Below are positions 29,511-39,618 of a DNA stretch of 64,000 nucleotides, piece after piece. Numbering within the stretch: the stretch's first letter is position 1; each line of letters starts with the position of its first letter. The position numbers and the translations under genes are program-made. Where the stretch lies: assembly GCA_964360065.1 (NCBI GenBank), contig CAYHTW010000003.1, positions 44,853 to 108,852 on the forward strand, given 5' to 3'. Source of the stretch: an uncultured Candidatus Saccharibacteria bacterium (GTDB taxonomy: Bacteria > Patescibacteriota > Minisyncoccia > UBA6257 > Colwellbacteraceae). The notes under the pieces were generated by a model that saw only the letters and a program-made list of their open reading frames with translations, did no database searches and was not told where the DNA came from.

Positions 29511-30557
29511 TTAGTTAACTCGTTTTTCATTATCATTCTGGAAATCTAGGGCCTCCGGCTCTATGGCAACGTCTTCCCCAGCTACTCTTTCCAGTTCGTT
29601 CTCTCCTATCAGAACTATGTTCTTAACACGCTCAACTATCAGTCCCAAACGTTTTTCAGTTGAACCATAAGCGCCGCTGGCGTTACTGATATGCTTGCCA
29701 AGCACCCTAAATTCTTCATCCAATTTTTCGCCGTCTATTCTTAATCTTTCCAAACGTTTCATTATCTCCTTGGTTTGCCCGCTAACCTCCACATTGCGAA
29801 ACCACTGATGTATTGCGCTCACTGTCAGATAGAAAGTGTTCGGAGAGACTAAAACAACTTTTTTCAATCTGGCGTATTTAGGAATATCAACATCCTCTAT
29901 GTTGCTGACAAGCTCGTAGTAGATCGATTCCGCCGGTACGTACATCAGGGACATATCGGTAGTGTTTTCTGATGGCAGGATATATTTATTGGCTATATCG
30001 TCTATTTTCTTTTTCACATCGGACAAAAACTGTTTGCGGTGTATATCACGATTAATATCATTGTCAGCTTTTATCATTTTTTCAAAATTCTCCCAGTTAA
30101 ATTTGGAGTCTATTGGGAGTATCAGATTATTCGGGAGCTTGAGGACTGCGTCCACTGCCTCGCCAGATATGAAATAATGCTGAATCTCATACTGATCTTT
30201 GCCGAAATATTGGCCCAGTGATGATTCCAGAGACGCTTCCCCCCAGTTGCCTCGAAGCTTCGGAGATTTAAATATATCTTGAAACGAAACAACGCTTTTC
30301 ACAGATTCCTGCACTTGCTCCACACGATTACGTAAGTCGCTCATGCCTCTAGTGAAACTCTCCACTTGGCCATGAACGGACATAGTAGCATCTTTGTTTT
30401 CCTTTAAACGGTCGCTTATAAGTTGGTTCAGTTGAGTGATAACATCGCTCTCTCCTCCCTGTTTCCTTGATGACATTACTAAATAAAGAACAGCTCCAGA
30501 AAGAAGTATAAATATAACAAGCGCGCCAAGTATTGAAAGAAGTACTATATTATCCAT
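29511..30557 (-). CDS. rmuC: DNA recombination protein RmuC
   Basis: 348 aa, N-terminal TM, coiled coil, and the RmuC core (RGNWGEASLESSL...ILPIDSKFNWENF...SLMYVPAESIYYEL...VVLVSPNTFYLTVSAIHQW). Confidence 0.85.
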   Translation of the reverse strand: MDNIVLLSILGALVIFILLSGAVLYLVMSSRKQGGESDVITQLNQLISDRLKENKDATMSVHGQVESFTRGMSDLRNRVEQVQESVKSVVSFQDIFKSPKLRGNWGEASLESSLGQYFGKDQYEIQHYFISGEAVDAVLKLPNNLILPIDSKFNWENFEKMIKADNDINRDIHRKQFLSDVKKKIDDIANKYILPSENTTDMSLMYVPAESIYYELVSNIEDVDIPKYARLKKVVLVSPNTFYLTVSAIHQWFRNVEVSGQTKEIMKRLERLRIDGEKLDEEFRVLGKHISNASGAYGSTEKRLGLIVERVKNIVLIGENELERVAGEDVAIEPEALDFQNDNEKRVN

Positions 30558-30587
30558 TTCACAATTACGCTGTAATTATATAGGATA

Positions 30588-31841
30588 TTGATACTTATGG
30601 GAAAAAGAATCGTAATTATTGGAGCGGGTTTCGGAGGTTTAAGAACAGCTATGATTTTAGGCCGGGAAGTTGGTAAAGACCATGAAATCATCCTGATAGA
30701 TAAGAACCATTACCATACTTTCCACGCTTTACTGTACGAAGCCGCCACCACTTCTCAAGCAGTGGCCAACCATTTAGATCTACACAACGTTATCACTTAC
30801 TATGTAGACGACATCGTTGAAAGTAGGCACGTTAAGTTCATTAAGGCGGATGTAACTGACATTGATATAAGCGAAGGAGACATTCACTTTCTAGACCGTG
30901 ATTCTTTGAAATATGATTTTCTGGTAGTAGCCCTGGGCTCGGAGAGTAATTTTTTTGATATTCCCGGACTTAAGGAGAATGCTCTGGAAATAAAGTCTTT
31001 CGTTAACGCCCTGGAAATTCGCGATAGTATTGCGGCTCTTTTAGATGGAAAGGAAGATATCAAAATAGCCGTAGGAGGCGGAGGTTCAACTGGGGTTGAA
31101 CTCTCGGCAGAAATACAAAACTGGTTTAACGAAATTAAAATGACTAGGAGTAAATTCAATCCCGTAATCACTTTAATTAACGCTGACCCAACTATACTCT
31201 CTGGTTATGATAAAAACGTGGTCCGCCTGGTTTCAAAGCGCCTTGCCAGGCTAGGAGTTAAAACTCTAGACAACGAAACCGTAACCAAAGTCTCACCCAA
31301 CTTAGTCTCACTGAAAAGTGGGCGTGAAGTTCCATATGACGTCTTTATCTGGGCAGGCGGAGTAAAGGCTAACTCTATTCTCCAAACTATGAAGTTAAAG
31401 CTGGAAAACAAAGGCCGTTCCGAAGCTTCCAATAACTTAATCTGTATTCCTGAAGATCCTAGCCTGAAAATCTATGGCCGAATCTACGGCATAGGCGACG
31501 CTATTTGCGCCCGTGACGCCTCCGGTAACTTAACGCCAATGTTAGTCCAGCCCACGTTGCAGCAGGCTAAGGTGGCGGCTAAAAATATTATTTTGGAACT
31601 GCGCGGGAAAGAACCGAAGCTTATCTTTAAACCGTTTAAAAATTATCCCTACATAATTCCTGTCGGAGGTAAATATGCTGTGGGCTGTGTCGGACCTTTG
31701 GTAATTTCCGGTTGGCCATGCTGGATAGCTAAAGGACTGGTTGAAATAAATTATCTCTGTTCTATCATGCCGCCTAAAAAGGCTTTCAAGATTTGGCTTA
31801 AGGGCCTTATGATTTTTATTCAGAACGATCGCTTAGGGTAA
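30588..31841 (+). CDS. ndh: Type II NADH:quinone oxidoreductase (NDH-2) / FAD-dependent pyridine nucleotide-disulfide oxidoreductase
   Basis: 417 aa; two Rossmann dinucleotide motifs (IVIIGAGFGGLRTA and KIAVGGGGSTGVELSAEI) and HYHTFHALLYEAATT, typical of NDH-2. Confidence 0.75.
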   Translation: MILMGKRIVIIGAGFGGLRTAMILGREVGKDHEIILIDKNHYHTFHALLYEAATTSQAVANHLDLHNVITYYVDDIVESRHVKFIKADVTDIDISEGDIHFLDRDSLKYDFLVVALGSESNFFDIPGLKENALEIKSFVNALEIRDSIAALLDGKEDIKIAVGGGGSTGVELSAEIQNWFNEIKMTRSKFNPVITLINADPTILSGYDKNVVRLVSKRLARLGVKTLDNETVTKVSPNLVSLKSGREVPYDVFIWAGGVKANSILQTMKLKLENKGRSEASNNLICIPEDPSLKIYGRIYGIGDAICARDASGNLTPMLVQPTLQQAKVAAKNIILELRGKEPKLIFKPFKNYPYIIPVGGKYAVGCVGPLVISGWPCWIAKGLVEINYLCSIMPPKKAFKIWLKGLMIFIQNDRLG

Positions 31842-31852
31842 AATAATCCAAC

Positions 31853-33541
31853 TTACTCGACAATTATTACGCCTGTATGAGCTGAATTAAGGTGATCGTG
31901 ATACTTCCAAGAACCAACTTGGTTAAAAACGAACTTGAATGTCTCTCCTGAATTAAGCCCTTTGCAGGCATCAAAAGTTGAGCCTATACAGCCGCCCTTC
32001 TCCGGATAGACATCGTGTGTTGGGTGTACAGCGGATGCAGGCCAGCTGGAATTGCTTCCTTTATTTGTCCAGACGACTGTGTCTCCCTTTTTTACTTTAA
32101 GCTCAACTGGAGAAAAGCTTTCATCAGTTATCACAACATCCCAAATTCTAGAAATAGTAATAACCGCACCGCTATCCGTTTCTACTTTGATGGAGTCGGT
32201 AGAAATATTTATCTGTGGAGTAGCTTCAAACTTGGATGAAGCGCCTCCGGATGTCGGCGATTGTTTCCTTGTCTCTGAAGTCTCTACTTTTTTGGGCCTT
32301 TTCCCATCATTATCTTTATTATCTCCCTTATTAATGACTTTTGCCGGATTTGAAGTCGGGCTAAGCCTGATGATTAAGTTCTTTTCCAAAGCATAAGCTC
32401 GGCTAGCTGCCTGAAAGGCCGCGATGTAATTACCGGAGACAAAAGCCTTGGTTGCTTCGTCCAGAATACCATTTATATCCGTTAAAGAGCTGTCTGTCTT
32501 AGCTGATAAATCGGTGTTAGCAGAAACCCTTGCCCGTACCTTATTTAAAAGTTCAGTTGCCCGTTCAATCATATTTTCTGCAGTTTCCTGTAAATTCTCT
32601 CCTGAATCTTCATCTGAATTTTCTGTTTCCTTGAAAACTTGCGGAGCCAAAACCCGTAATTTAAACTTCAGCTCAACATTAGTGGTCGTATTTTGAAGAT
32701 CGGATAGAATCCTCAACTTATCGGCATCGGACTGCCGCAAATTTTTAATCAGATTAACAGCATCGCTGGTAGAAATTTCTCCTTCTTTAAATTTTACTTC
32801 CAGCTTCTTTATTTGTTCATTCCTGATTTCCGTGATTTTCATAATGACATCTGGACTCACGGCGTTTTCTCCTATTTTATTGAGGATGTTTAGGGCCTTT
32901 ATTTCTTTGTTGTCGCCGTCTGTCTGGGCTTGGATGATATTCTGAACTCTCTCTTTCAATTTTTCAGGAGTATCAAGTTTTTCTACCACGGTCTTCAGAG
33001 ACTCGCTGATACTTTCTTTGGCTATATCAAACTGCTTGGCAAGGTTCGGATTCTTTTCTTTGAGTTGCTCCATAAGGTCTTCGTGCTTTAAGGCCCTTTG
33101 CGTAAGCTTGTCAAGAAGAACATCAACCCGCGGGTTGTTGGAAGTCTGCTGTAAATTGTTCAATCTATCTTTGAGGTTAGAGGCGCTTTGATTGTAGTTA
33201 TCAATGGCTCTCTCTAGAGCTTCATCGTTGCCTGGATTTAACTCTTGAACTTTCTTAAGTTCAGCTGCCTTTTGGTTAGTGATATTCTCTTCATACTGGG
33301 CCTTGGAAACCCGGTTAAATGTCATAACCATTCTTATCCCCCTGCCCCATTCTTTAACGAAGTAAAAAGGGTTAGTTGGGAGCAGTCCGGGATTCTCCAC
33401 ACCAAGGTCGGCTGTAGTTGCGTCTTGTGTCTGAACTCCGGTGTCAGTACTGGTGTTGGTGGTACCTTGGGCTAAAGCGACACCAAGCGCTACGAAACTA
33501 AACGACGAAAAGAAGGCTAATGTAATTAGTATTTTTTTCAT
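31853..33541 (-). CDS. Secreted protein: signal peptide, long coiled-coil/low-complexity region, C-terminal cupredoxin-like domain
   Basis: 562 aa with signal peptide MKKILITLAFFSSFSFVALGVALAQG. The C-terminal ~100 aa (ELKVKKGDTVVWTNKGSNSSWPASAVHPTHD...GETFKFVFNQVGSWKYHDHLNSAHTGVIIVE) follows the plastocyanin/amicyanin strand pattern, but with non-canonical ligand positions. Confidence 0.45.
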   Translation of the reverse strand: MKKILITLAFFSSFSFVALGVALAQGTTNTSTDTGVQTQDATTADLGVENPGLLPTNPFYFVKEWGRGIRMVMTFNRVSKAQYEENITNQKAAELKKVQELNPGNDEALERAIDNYNQSASNLKDRLNNLQQTSNNPRVDVLLDKLTQRALKHEDLMEQLKEKNPNLAKQFDIAKESISESLKTVVEKLDTPEKLKERVQNIIQAQTDGDNKEIKALNILNKIGENAVSPDVIMKITEIRNEQIKKLEVKFKEGEISTSDAVNLIKNLRQSDADKLRILSDLQNTTTNVELKFKLRVLAPQVFKETENSDEDSGENLQETAENMIERATELLNKVRARVSANTDLSAKTDSSLTDINGILDEATKAFVSGNYIAAFQAASRAYALEKNLIIRLSPTSNPAKVINKGDNKDNDGKRPKKVETSETRKQSPTSGGASSKFEATPQINISTDSIKVETDSGAVITISRIWDVVITDESFSPVELKVKKGDTVVWTNKGSNSSWPASAVHPTHDVYPEKGGCIGSTFDACKGLNSGETFKFVFNQVGSWKYHDHLNSAHTGVIIVE

Positions 33542-33732
33542 ATTTTTTTATATTAATCTTCCTTTAATTATACAATATTGCCTCCTATAAACATATTCGT
33601 ATTTATTTCTTGAGCCCCTTGGAGTTTCAACGATAACGTTAATGGTCATATCTGTTATATTTTTCACCGTATTCCGCAGTAGCTCTCCGCCGGCTGGCGG
33701 AGGTAGAACGGCTAATTACATAAATATAAACG

Positions 33733-33984
33733 ATGTATACAGTGTACGCAATTTATAACGTAGACCACAAAAAAGTATATATAGGGCAGACTGACGATTT
33801 AGAAAATAGATTGAAACTTCATAAAAATAAAGCCTTTGAGGGCAGTTATACTTCCCGCTTTGACGGAGAGTGGACATTAATATATTCTGAGAACGTTCCC
33901 GATAGGACAATTGCTTTGAAACGAGAAGAGCAGTTAAAAAGCTATCGGGGAAGAGAATTTATCAAACAGCAGATTCCTCGGTAG
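33733..33984 (+). CDS. Small GIY-YIG domain protein (83 aa)
   Basis: MYTVYAIYNVDHKKVYIGQTDDLENRLKLHKNK...LKREEQLKSYRGRE: the GIY...YIG motifs, a conserved Arg, and the catalytic Glu pattern. Its last 10 nt overlap tRNA-Asn. Confidence 0.75.
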   Translation: MYTVYAIYNVDHKKVYIGQTDDLENRLKLHKNKAFEGSYTSRFDGEWTLIYSENVPDRTIALKREEQLKSYRGREFIKQQIPR

Positions 33985-34046
33985 CTCAGCGGTAGAGCGG
34001 CGCCCTGTTAAGGCGACGGTCGTAGGTTCGATCCCTACCCGAGGAG
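33975..34046 (+). tRNA. tRNA-Asn (anticodon GTT), 72 nt, CCA not encoded
   Basis: Manual fold: acceptor TCCTCGG/CCGAGGA, D-arm GCTC-AGCGGTA-GAGC, anticodon loop CTGTTAA, T-arm GTAGG-TTCGATC-CCTAC, discriminator G. Confidence 0.85.
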
Positions 34047-34145
34047 CAAAAATAAAAATAACCTGTTAAATATGGTATTCTTATATATAAGATAAACTAT
34101 TAACTAAAGGTCGGTACTATAAATAGGTTAGAAGAAAAAATTACT

Positions 34146-34343
34146 ATGAATCAAAAGACTTACTTTGCCGTAACAACGCTTATCTTTGTTATAATCGCCG
34201 TTCTGCACTTGACGCGAATCTTTACAGGATGGGAAGCGTCAATGGGTGGATGGACAGTTCCACGGTGGGTGAGTTGGGTAGCGTTCGTGGGCTCCAGCCT
34301 TCTCGCTTACTCCGGTTTTAATCTCAACAAACGAAGCCAGTAA
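34146..34343 (+). CDS. Hypothetical small 2-TM membrane protein (65 aa)
   Basis: Two hydrophobic helices; upstream of the P-type ATPase. Confidence 0.4.
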   Translation: MNQKTYFAVTTLIFVIIAVLHLTRIFTGWEASMGGWTVPRWVSWVAFVGSSLLAYSGFNLNKRSQ

Positions 34344-34451
34344 AGTTTATATAATTTGTCACGGGGTAAACCACCAAATTGGCGGAACACCTGCCTGCTG
34401 GCAGACAAGCCAAAATAGAGTTATCCCTAATCAAATAATCTTACGCCGATA

Positions 34452-37157
34452 ATGCAACAAATTACCCTGCCCACCGAAGCTTTAGCACAGGCGAGATGGC
34501 ATACAAAAACAGTCCAAGATGTTCTTCTTGCACTCCGTTCGCGTGAGCGTGGCCTAACAAAAGAAGAGGCGGCGGAACGTTTTCAAAAATATGGACGGAA
34601 TTATCTTCCAGAAGGGAAGGTAGATGGTCTGCCACTTATTTTCTTGCGGCAATTTCAAAGTCCGCTGATTTACATCCTCTTGGCTGCAGCGGGTACTGTT
34701 TTTGCGATGGGATCAGCTATTGACGCTTCAATTATCTTTGCGGTGCTTCTTTTTAATGCGGTTGTTGGGACAATTCAAGAAGGCAAAGCGCAAAACACAC
34801 TTCTTGCCTTAAAAAGGTTCTCCGAAACTAGCGCCACGGTATTACGCGATGGTATAGAACTTATAGTCCCGGATAGCATGGTAATACCTGGGGATATTAT
34901 TATTTTACAGGAAGGAGAAAAAGTTCCAGCTGATGCGCGGATTGTTTTCGCGAATACTTTGAAGATAGATGAGGCAAGTCTCACTGGAGAATCGGAACCG
35001 GTGACTAAAATAAATATAGTATTGCCAGCCGAAAATCTTGGAGTGGCGGATCAGAAAAATATGATATTCAAAGGCACGCATGTTTTGACTGGTATCGGCA
35101 CTGCGGTTGTTGTGGCTACTGGACTCACAACAGAAATCGGGAAAATTGCACAGAAAATATCCTCCATTGATACCGAGATTCCCCTGAAAACAAATATCCG
35201 ATATCTTTCTCGGATTATTGTTATTACGGCGGCCGTCATCAGTGTCTCCTTAATTATTCTCGGCATTCTTTCTGGCAAATCTCTTAAAGAAATGTTCACC
35301 ACTGTGGTGGCGCTTTCGGTCTCTATAATTCCAGAAGGTCTGCCAATTGTAATGACTTTAGTTTTGGCAACTGGCGTTTTCCGAATGTCGAAGCGCAATG
35401 TGCTAGTGAAACGATTGCAAGCGGTGGAAGCATTGGGGCAAACAAAAATTATAGCTGTGGATAAAACTGGGACTCTCACTAGAAACGAGATGGTTATTCA
35501 GCGCGTGTATGTAGACGGTAAGATTTTTGACATCGCAGGTAATGGATACGAGCCAAAAGGCGAAGCAACTTTTGATGGTAAAAATATTAATCCACTAAAC
35601 CACCCCGAGCTTCTTTTTAGCGGAAGAATCGCGGCGTTCTGCACAAGTGCACGGCTTTCTTTTCAGGAGGAAACCGACACATGGAAAATTGCGGGTGATC
35701 CCACTGAAGCGGCGGTGTTGGTATTATCTGAAAAGATTGGATTTCGTCACGACATACTAGAACAGGAAACGCCGAAAATTTTTGAATTACCGTTTGATTA
35801 TCAAAAAAAGTATCACACCACAATTCGAGCGGTTGACGGGAAAAATTTCCTTACTATCATCGGTGCACCGGAGAAAGTGCTAGAGCTTTGTAAAAAATTC
35901 TGGCACAAAGATGGAACCGAAACTCTTAATGAGGAGAAGAAAAAGGAACTTGAAGCAGTATTCCATAAACTTGCGAAAACAGGGTTTAGGGTGCTTGCCT
36001 ACGCTATCAATCCCGATGTTGACCGAAGTGTTAACTCCGACACAATACCACCGCTAACATTCGTAGGTTTTTTTGGTATGAATGACGCGCTCCGTCCCGA
36101 AGTTAAAGAAGCAATGCAAAGAGTGCGAGAGGCGGATATGCGCGTGGTGGTGATCACTGGTGATCACCGTCTCACCGCGCAGGCAATTGCCAAAGAGGCA
36201 GACATCTGGCGTGAAGGCGACGGCGTTCTTACGGGAGAAGAAATCGATAAAATGTCTGATGAGGAGCTGGCGGAGAAACTCGCCCGCACCACTGTCTTTG
36301 CGCGGGTTACACCAGATCACAAGCTTCGCATTATTCAAGCCTATCGCAAACGAGGTGAAGTTGTAGCCATGACCGGAGACGGCGTGAATGACGCCCCATC
36401 ACTTGTTGCAGCCGACCTTGGCGTCGCGATGGGGAAAATCGGGACAGAGGTGGCCAAGGAAGCATCTGACATCGTGCTTTTAGACGACAATTTTGCAAGT
36501 ATAGTTTCAGCCGCTGAAGAAGGGAGGAGCATTTACAAGACTGTTAAGAAGGTCCTTACCTTTCTTTTCTCTACTAGTATGGGAGAGGTGATTAATATCA
36601 TGGGCGCTTTAATTTTGCGTTGGCCAATTCCACTCTTGCCGTCGCAGATTATCTGGCTTAATTTTATCACAGATGGGTTTCTGACTGCGGCTCTTGCTAT
36701 GGAGCCAAAAGAAAAAGGACTTATGCAAGGAAAATTTGAGCGGCCTAAAAAATGGATTGTGGACGGTTTTATGGCGCGACGGATGTTGATGATGGCCCCA
36801 GTAATGGGACTAGGAACACTCTATCTTTTCAGCCAGTATTTCGAAGCAGACCTAGCTAAGGGATGGACCATCGCTCTTACGACCATGGCAGTCTTTCAAT
36901 GGTTCAACGCATGGAATTGCAGATCAGAAAGCAAATCAATTTTTCAAATGAATCCATTTTCTAATATGTTCCTTGTCGGCGCGACAATGGTTGTTATCTT
37001 CTTGCAGTTATTTGCGGTCTATAATCCGTTTATGCAGAAATTCTTGCATACCACTCCGCTTGAGCTCTCGGAATGGGTTATAATCATCTCAATCGCTGCG
37101 TCAATCATCCTGGTTGAGGAAACGCGCAAATTCTTTTACCGAAGAAAATCAGTATAA
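34452..37157 (+). CDS. P2-type cation-transporting ATPase (Ca2+/Mg2+-type, SERCA/PMCA-like)
   Basis: 901 aa; the phosphorylation motif DKTGTLT, PEGLP in TM4, TGDHRLTAQAIA, and the hinge MTGDGVNDAPSL. Confidence 0.9.
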   Translation: MQQITLPTEALAQARWHTKTVQDVLLALRSRERGLTKEEAAERFQKYGRNYLPEGKVDGLPLIFLRQFQSPLIYILLAAAGTVFAMGSAIDASIIFAVLLFNAVVGTIQEGKAQNTLLALKRFSETSATVLRDGIELIVPDSMVIPGDIIILQEGEKVPADARIVFANTLKIDEASLTGESEPVTKINIVLPAENLGVADQKNMIFKGTHVLTGIGTAVVVATGLTTEIGKIAQKISSIDTEIPLKTNIRYLSRIIVITAAVISVSLIILGILSGKSLKEMFTTVVALSVSIIPEGLPIVMTLVLATGVFRMSKRNVLVKRLQAVEALGQTKIIAVDKTGTLTRNEMVIQRVYVDGKIFDIAGNGYEPKGEATFDGKNINPLNHPELLFSGRIAAFCTSARLSFQEETDTWKIAGDPTEAAVLVLSEKIGFRHDILEQETPKIFELPFDYQKKYHTTIRAVDGKNFLTIIGAPEKVLELCKKFWHKDGTETLNEEKKKELEAVFHKLAKTGFRVLAYAINPDVDRSVNSDTIPPLTFVGFFGMNDALRPEVKEAMQRVREADMRVVVITGDHRLTAQAIAKEADIWREGDGVLTGEEIDKMSDEELAEKLARTTVFARVTPDHKLRIIQAYRKRGEVVAMTGDGVNDAPSLVAADLGVAMGKIGTEVAKEASDIVLLDDNFASIVSAAEEGRSIYKTVKKVLTFLFSTSMGEVINIMGALILRWPIPLLPSQIIWLNFITDGFLTAALAMEPKEKGLMQGKFERPKKWIVDGFMARRMLMMAPVMGLGTLYLFSQYFEADLAKGWTIALTTMAVFQWFNAWNCRSESKSIFQMNPFSNMFLVGATMVVIFLQLFAVYNPFMQKFLHTTPLELSEWVIIISIAASIILVEETRKFFYRRKSV

Positions 37158-37230
37158 ATGCCTGTGAGTTCCATTAGAAACTCTGTTATAATAGAGTTTA
37201 TGAAGTGTATAATCTTCTTTTATAAATACT

Positions 37231-38286
37231 ATGGAAGTTTCTAACGGGATGAACAACCAAAAGTCAGAACTATATTTTTTGCTCATTATCTTAGTGGGAA
37301 TTTTTATTCTTGCCTTTTTCGTTTTTAAACCTTTTCTTTACACGCTTATCTTGGCAATAATTTTTGCAACTGTTTTTGAACCAGTTCATAAGCATGCTCT
37401 CGTTATTACGCGAGGGAGAAGCGCCCTGTCGGCTCTTCTCGCCACCATCTCCGTTCTTATCGTTATTATTATGCCTCTCATATTTTTAGGCGTACAGATT
37501 TTCCAGGAAGCAACACAGCTTTATTCTTCTCTCGTCAGCAACGGCGGCGCAACCGATCTTTCTCGCAACGTGAGTGATATCATACAGAGCCTCATGAGAT
37601 TTTCTCCCGTGCCGATAGACTCCCTCAATGTCAACGAGTACTTGAAGCAGGGGTTAAGCTGGTTACTCCAGCATCTTGGTCCGCTCTTTGCGAGTTTTGT
37701 AAAAGTAGTGGTGGGCATCTTTATATTCCTCATCGCCATATATTACTTATTTAAGGATGGCCACAAACTAAAAACGGCTATTATCATTTTAAGCCCGTTA
37801 CAAGATATTCACGATGAAACAATTTTTGACAAACTCGCCTTAGCAATTAACTCAGTCATTAGGGGAAACCTTGCGGTGGCGCTCGTTCAAGGCGTATTAA
37901 CTGCAATCGGGTTCGCTCTCTTCGGAGTCCCCAATGCGACGCTCTGGGGCAGCATTGCGGCAATCGCCGCATTAATTCCCGGCATTGGAACAGCCTTGGT
38001 ACTCCTCCCGGCTATCCTCTATCTATACTTGAGTGGAGAAACTCTTTCCGCGGTTGGTCTTCTTTTTTGGGGGATGACGGCAGTGGGACTCGTTGATAAC
38101 TTTTTGGGGCCGAAGCTTGCTAGCCGAGGTATGCGGCTTCACCAATTTCTTATTCTTCTTTCCATCTTGGGTGGTATAAGTTTTTTTGGTCCACTTGGAT
38201 TCTTATTGGGGCCACTCATCTTGAGTCTGCTCTTCGCTCTTCTTGAAATTTATTTCGCCGTCAGTAAAGAACACGAGGGTAGATAA
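37231..38286 (+). CDS. AI-2E family transporter (PerM/UPF0118)
   Basis: 351 aa polytopic membrane protein whose topology and conserved segments resemble the AI-2E/YhhT family. Confidence 0.75.
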   Translation: MEVSNGMNNQKSELYFLLIILVGIFILAFFVFKPFLYTLILAIIFATVFEPVHKHALVITRGRSALSALLATISVLIVIIMPLIFLGVQIFQEATQLYSSLVSNGGATDLSRNVSDIIQSLMRFSPVPIDSLNVNEYLKQGLSWLLQHLGPLFASFVKVVVGIFIFLIAIYYLFKDGHKLKTAIIILSPLQDIHDETIFDKLALAINSVIRGNLAVALVQGVLTAIGFALFGVPNATLWGSIAAIAALIPGIGTALVLLPAILYLYLSGETLSAVGLLFWGMTAVGLVDNFLGPKLASRGMRLHQFLILLSILGGISFFGPLGFLLGPLILSLLFALLEIYFAVSKEHEGR

Positions 38287-38318
38287 TATTTATAAGGAGG
38301 AGAAAAACTTAAATTCAA

Positions 38319-38876
38319 ATGGAAATAGAAAACGGGAAATATTACGACTTAGGTAAAAAAACTTATGCGATTTTTATTATTAAGCAAACTTCATTTGCCG
38401 TTATTTTTCTTGTTGCCGCGATTGCCCTAGGGATTTTAAATATGACAATTGGTTCCAATTTCGTTGCTGGCCAGTCTATCGGCGAAATTCTTAACTTAGG
38501 CATGCTTGGCGCTGTTTTTGTTGGTGTGACTTTAGGCTTCGGGGGTTTCGGCATCGCAAAACTTAAATATAAGTTAGCTAAAGTAATGCTAGACGAATCT
38601 TCTTTAAGGATAATAAGTGGTCTTTTGAATAAGAAAGAAATTGCTATTCCATTCCGTCGCGTTCAAACTGTGGAAATTCACCAATCTCCCATACAAAGAC
38701 TTATTGGTGTAGGCAATGTTGTGATAGCTACCACTACCGACTTGGATACTCCAAGTGAAGTAGAATCAACAGCTGACGAAGAAATAATTCCCCTGATGGA
38801 CTACGACCTGGCCCGCGCTGTAGCTGACCAATTAACCAAACGTGCAGAAGTAGAAACGATGAGAATGCAAAGATAA
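38319..38876 (+). CDS. Membrane protein with bacterial PH domain (YdbS/YdbT-like, DUF304)
   Basis: 185 aa; two N-terminal TMs, then IAIPFRRVQTVEIHQSPIQRLIGVGNVVIATTTD, which is typical of bPH_2. Confidence 0.6.
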   Translation: MEIENGKYYDLGKKTYAIFIIKQTSFAVIFLVAAIALGILNMTIGSNFVAGQSIGEILNLGMLGAVFVGVTLGFGGFGIAKLKYKLAKVMLDESSLRIISGLLNKKEIAIPFRRVQTVEIHQSPIQRLIGVGNVVIATTTDLDTPSEVESTADEEIIPLMDYDLARAVADQLTKRAEVETMRMQR

Positions 38877-38916
38877 CTGACTAAAGCCAGTGTCATTTGG
38901 GTAATTTAAATTTCAT

Positions 38917-39600
38917 CTACTTAAAGAAAGTTTCTACTTCTTTATAGGTTAGTTTTCTTGTGTCCCCCGGCTTCAGGTTACCCAACTTTATTTCTCCCAC
39001 CCTCAATCTTTTAAGGCTCGTCACTGTGTAGTTTAGTTCACCAAGCATCACTCTTATTTGGTGCTTCTTGCCTTCGTGCAAAACTATTTTAATTTCGCTG
39101 TTCCCAACTATTTTAGCTTCAGCCGGCAAAAGTCTCCCAAAAGTCTCGGTCATCATACCCTTCTTTATAATCCCCTCCACTCCGCTCCTTAGATGCTCCT
39201 TCACCTTGACCAGGTATTCTTTCTCAAATTCACTATCTGCCCCAAGAATCTTAGAGGTTATCCTGCCATCATTAGTTAGTATAATGAGTCCCTCGGATTG
39301 CTTATCCAACCTACCTATCGGGAATAGGCCGTCCTCTCTCCACTCTTCTATAACACTCTCTTCCTTATTGGACTGAGTGGGAATACCCCTTGGCTTGTAG
39401 TAAGCCAAATAAATATACTCTTTGTCTTTAACTCCTTTAAGGGTGACTTTATCCTGATTACCGATAAGTGCCCCCATCTCGGCTCTCATGCCATTAATAA
39501 AAACACTGCCGGCGCGTATCAGTTCATCGGCTTCCCTTCTAGAGGCTACTCCCTGATCCCGCAAATATTTATTTATTCTAATTCCAGCTTTATCCCTCAT
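38917..39600 (-). CDS. rRNA pseudouridine synthase, RsuA/RluB family (S4 domain + PseudoU_synth_2)
   Basis: 227 aa; S4-like N-terminus (INKYLRDQGVASRREADELIRAGSVFING), the catalytic GRLDKQSEGLIILTNDG, and HEGKKHQIRVM. Confidence 0.8.
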   Translation of the reverse strand: MRDKAGIRINKYLRDQGVASRREADELIRAGSVFINGMRAEMGALIGNQDKVTLKGVKDKEYIYLAYYKPRGIPTQSNKEESVIEEWREDGLFPIGRLDKQSEGLIILTNDGRITSKILGADSEFEKEYLVKVKEHLRSGVEGIIKKGMMTETFGRLLPAEAKIVGNSEIKIVLHEGKKHQIRVMLGELNYTVTSLKRLRVGEIKLGNLKPGDTRKLTYKEVETFFK

Positions 39601-39618
39601 TACTTTATATTATAGGAC

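Noticed and set aside
33716-33910. 64-aa minus-strand ORF
   Set aside because: Overlaps the GIY-YIG gene on the opposite strand, and the GIY-YIG frame has the conserved motifs.
34344-34451. M-box (Mg2+) riboswitch before the P-type ATPase
   Set aside because: The leader is only ~110 nt and lacks recognisable M-box conserved segments. Only a small CTGCC-TGCT-GGCAG hairpin is present.
35051-36532. Minus-strand ORFs 35051-35479, 35617-35823, 36054-36338 and 36341-36532
   Set aside because: Antisense to the P-type ATPase gene, which carries all the canonical motifs.
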